Assembly: GCF_018977255.1 (NCBI RefSeq)
Contig: NW_024704743.1
Span: 1,736,001 to 1,800,000, forward strand
DNA: 64,000 nucleotides
Reading direction: 5' to 3'
From: Callorhinchus milii
Taxonomy: Eukaryota
In this document: one piece after another, positions 61,401 through 64,000 of the stretch
Layout: each line of letters opens with the position of its first letter
Numbering within the stretch: position 1 is the stretch's first letter
The notes under the pieces: generated by a model
Told to the model about the DNA's origin: nothing
Databases searched by the model: none
What the model saw: the letters and a program-made list of their open reading frames with translations, nothing else
Program-made: the position numbers and the translations under genes

Positions 61401-63539
61401 CAGTTTGTTTCTCTTGAGTAGAAATTACGTCTCACAATCACGACCTCGATTAATACCTTTGGTGAGTTTCCTGACTCCACGCACGCGCCTCCGTTTACCT
61501 CTCAGTCAGTCGGAACCCGGTCGTTAATCGATTGGCGGATCGCTTTTCCGCGGGTAATAATTTCTTCCAAGAAAAAAATATAAGAAGAAGAACTTGGTCG
61601 CTTCAACCCACAGCTGTTTGTGGGGACGTCACTGCGCGCAATTGACTGCCGGGTTTCGCCCACAAAATGCACAGTCAGCAAACTTTAGAGTAGGTTCTGA
61701 GTGAAGCCCTCGAAGACGCGAAAAGGCTCTGTATCAAATGCAAGGATTATTATTATTATTATTATTCTATCAAATGCGAAACGCGGCAGCCGAGCGCAAG
61801 GATTATGGTTGTTACAGCAGCTCGGGTTGTCTGAGTGGGGCTTCACATCGGGAGACAGAGGGAGAACTCTGGAACTCAGAACTCTCCCCTCTGCCTCCCG
61901 GCCGATAAGCAGCCAGACCTGGCAGGATAACCACAGCCCAGGCGACGAGAGGATCCGTGGAAAAGCTAAGCTCGTTAGACACGTGTGTCTGAGGGGCTAA
62001 TTCTGGCCGATAGAGAGACACCCGAACCTGAAACACTGCGATACGTCGATGATTTTGGCAAACGTTTCTCGCCGTGAGGTACTAGGGACTAAATTGGCGT
62101 GGAGCCTTTGAAGCGACGTCAGCTTTGTGCCCGTGGAACATACGAAGGAAGCAAACACCAGCATCTCCATCCATTCAGGCCGTCATTTAGGTTCCCATTC
62201 AGACTCCCAACAAAACAATTCCGATCCCCCTCCTCCTTGGTTATCGAGGTAATAACAACAACAATCCTGGCATTTGACACGGCGCCCGATCGCGTCTTCG
62301 AGACGTCTCAAAGCGCTTCACGGGATAAAGTGAATTGACTGTGTATTTTGTGGGCGAAACGCGGCAGGATTCAGGGAGGGTTTCGGGGCGAGGCGGTGTG
62401 AAAGCCCGGCCAGCGACGGTGGAACGGAGGGCGCTGCAACAACAACAAGGTTGCATTTATAGAGCGCCTTCACGTCGGGAGGACGTCCCAAGGCGCTGGA
62501 CAGTTGGGTCGGGACCCGAGCAAGAGGGGAAATGGTCAGGGTGAGGGGAGGGAAGGGAGGGAGCGAGGAGGGGGGAGAGAGTCGAGAGGGGAGCTGAAGG
62601 CACGGTAGAGAGGAGCAGGAGACCGGAGCCAGTCGAGCGGAGGTTACCGGGTAGCGGAGTGGGGAGTCAGCAGCTCTCGTGTCTTGTAGATTTATCTGGT
62701 GTTTTCAAACCTCCGTGTTACTGTGTTACCTTCCTGACGTGTGACTAATCCCGTGTCACTCACCCGTGTGAGATGAAAGCTCTGCAATTCCATAATATTA
62801 AGCCTTCCTCGGGACGGAGCAGCTCCAGCTTATTCCGTGAACGTCTTTGAGGATTTTACTTATGCTGTTCGACATTTGATTGGAAGTGGGATCCGCACGC
62901 AGGAACGGCTGGAAATTCTCAGCCGGCCGTGTACCATTTCAAATACTACTAATAATACTAATAATAATCCTGGCATTTGACACAGCGCCCGATCGCGTCT
63001 TCCGGACGTCTCAAAGCGCTTCGCAGAATAGACTGTAAAGTGGAGTGACTGAGTGTTTTGTGGGCGATATAACGACAACAACAGCAACTTGCACTTGCAT
63101 AGTGGGGTAGTGTCCCAGAGCGCTTTAAAGGAGGGAGAACAGAGAACAATCCAATGTTGTTATGTGTGGGGGGAGCCTTTAGCAATATATGATGTGCGGG
63201 CACTTAAGATGCATTAGACGCACAGACTCTGACTCCTAAAAGCTTCGAATCTCATCAGATCGCATCAAGGTATTCAATCCTAGTCTCGAATTACTGTTTC
63301 TGGGAGATTTTCATAAGGCAATAATTAGTTTATTGTCAGCCGCAGCTTTACAACTGGAAGTGAACAACACTATTAAACACTCGCGTAAACCCAGTTATTC
63401 AATTGGAACACCAGGCACTTCTGTGGCAAAGCATTTTGTTTCCTTCTCGTATCCGCGGCAGGTTTTAAGGGGGACATTTTTCCCCGCTCACTGACAACGG
63501 GCCTTCCACGAGGGGTGGTCTCTGATCCCCGAGCCAAGT

Positions 63540-63880
63540 GGGGGAGAGAGAGAGGGAGAGGGGGAGGGAGGGAGGGAGGTGAGAGGTGACCATAAACACC
63601 ATCAAAAAGGAAGGTCTTCAGGCGGGACTTCACCACGGACAGGGAGGGGGCGAGGCGGAGGGATTCAGGCAGAGACTGACTGAGTTTCGGGGCGTAGCGT
63701 TGTGGCTGAAGGCGCAACCGCCGATGGTGGAGCAGAGGGGACGAGGGGAGAACAGGGGGCCGGAGGCAGCGGGTGGTGGAGTCGGGGTGGTGGGGGGGTG
63801 GTGGGGGGTGGGTGTAAGCAGGTCGGAAGGGTAGGGAGGTGCCGGGGCATGAAGTGTTTTGCAAACGAGGGAGAGGTTCT
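63540..63880 (-). mobile_element. L2 ORF2 C-terminus and 3' UTR fragment
   Basis: Minus-strand STIGGCAFSH and SLPESLRLAPSLSVVKSRLKTFLF. Confidence 0.82.
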
Positions 63881-64000
63881 TGAGAGGATTCGCTGCGACA
63901 GTGTATCCCGTGAGGCGCTTAGAGACGCCTCGAAGACATGATGGGAGGCGCTGTGTCAAATGCCAGGATTATTATTATTATTATTATTATTATCCCTGAA

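Larger units (their letters stand above)
719..64000 (+). other. DPP6: DPP6 first intron of the K isoform (contains the 1L promoter and exon; the 1L intron starts at 32482); continues beyond the window
   Basis: Donors at 719 and 32482. No ELVGSNPPQRNWKG/transmembrane exon was seen in any frame, by eye or in the ORF track. Confidence 0.8.

Noticed and set aside
63626..63646. REST/NRSE-like CACCACGGACAG
   Set aside because: Lacks the TTCAG left half and the CGCC end; lies in an L2 fragment.

Overview
Eukaryotic, repeat-rich vertebrate DNA. The repeat content (shark-type CR1 3' ends, L2, Deu-type and tRNA-derived SINEs) suggests a cartilaginous fish, possibly a holocephalan; this is inference. 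The window is the 5' region of the DPP6 (DPPX, Kv4 auxiliary subunit) gene on the + strand. Two alternative first coding exons are recognisable. Exon 1K (668-718) encodes MKKQSMIKTATMQGNVM and is followed by GTAAGT. Exon 1L (32290-32481) encodes MASLYQRLTGKINTSRSYPAPAEASHLLGGQ... and is followed by GTAAGG. Both are phase 0, as needed to join the common exon beginning ELVGSNPP, which I did not find in this window. The rest is intron or promoter sequence, dominated by a CpG-rich tRNA-Ala-derived SINE with an L2-type 3' stem-loop, decayed L2 and CR1 LINE fragments, older Deu-type SINEs, and micro/minisatellites. Nearly all ORFs in the supplied track are repeat artefacts. I see no convincing novel protein-coding system. 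The best leads are a possible in-frame K-to-L hybrid splice, the decoy-donor/UG-rich array after exon 1L, and the SINE subfamily and fold-back structure. Repeat coordinates are approximate (about +/-10-20 nt), and human comparisons are from recalled sequence, not a search.
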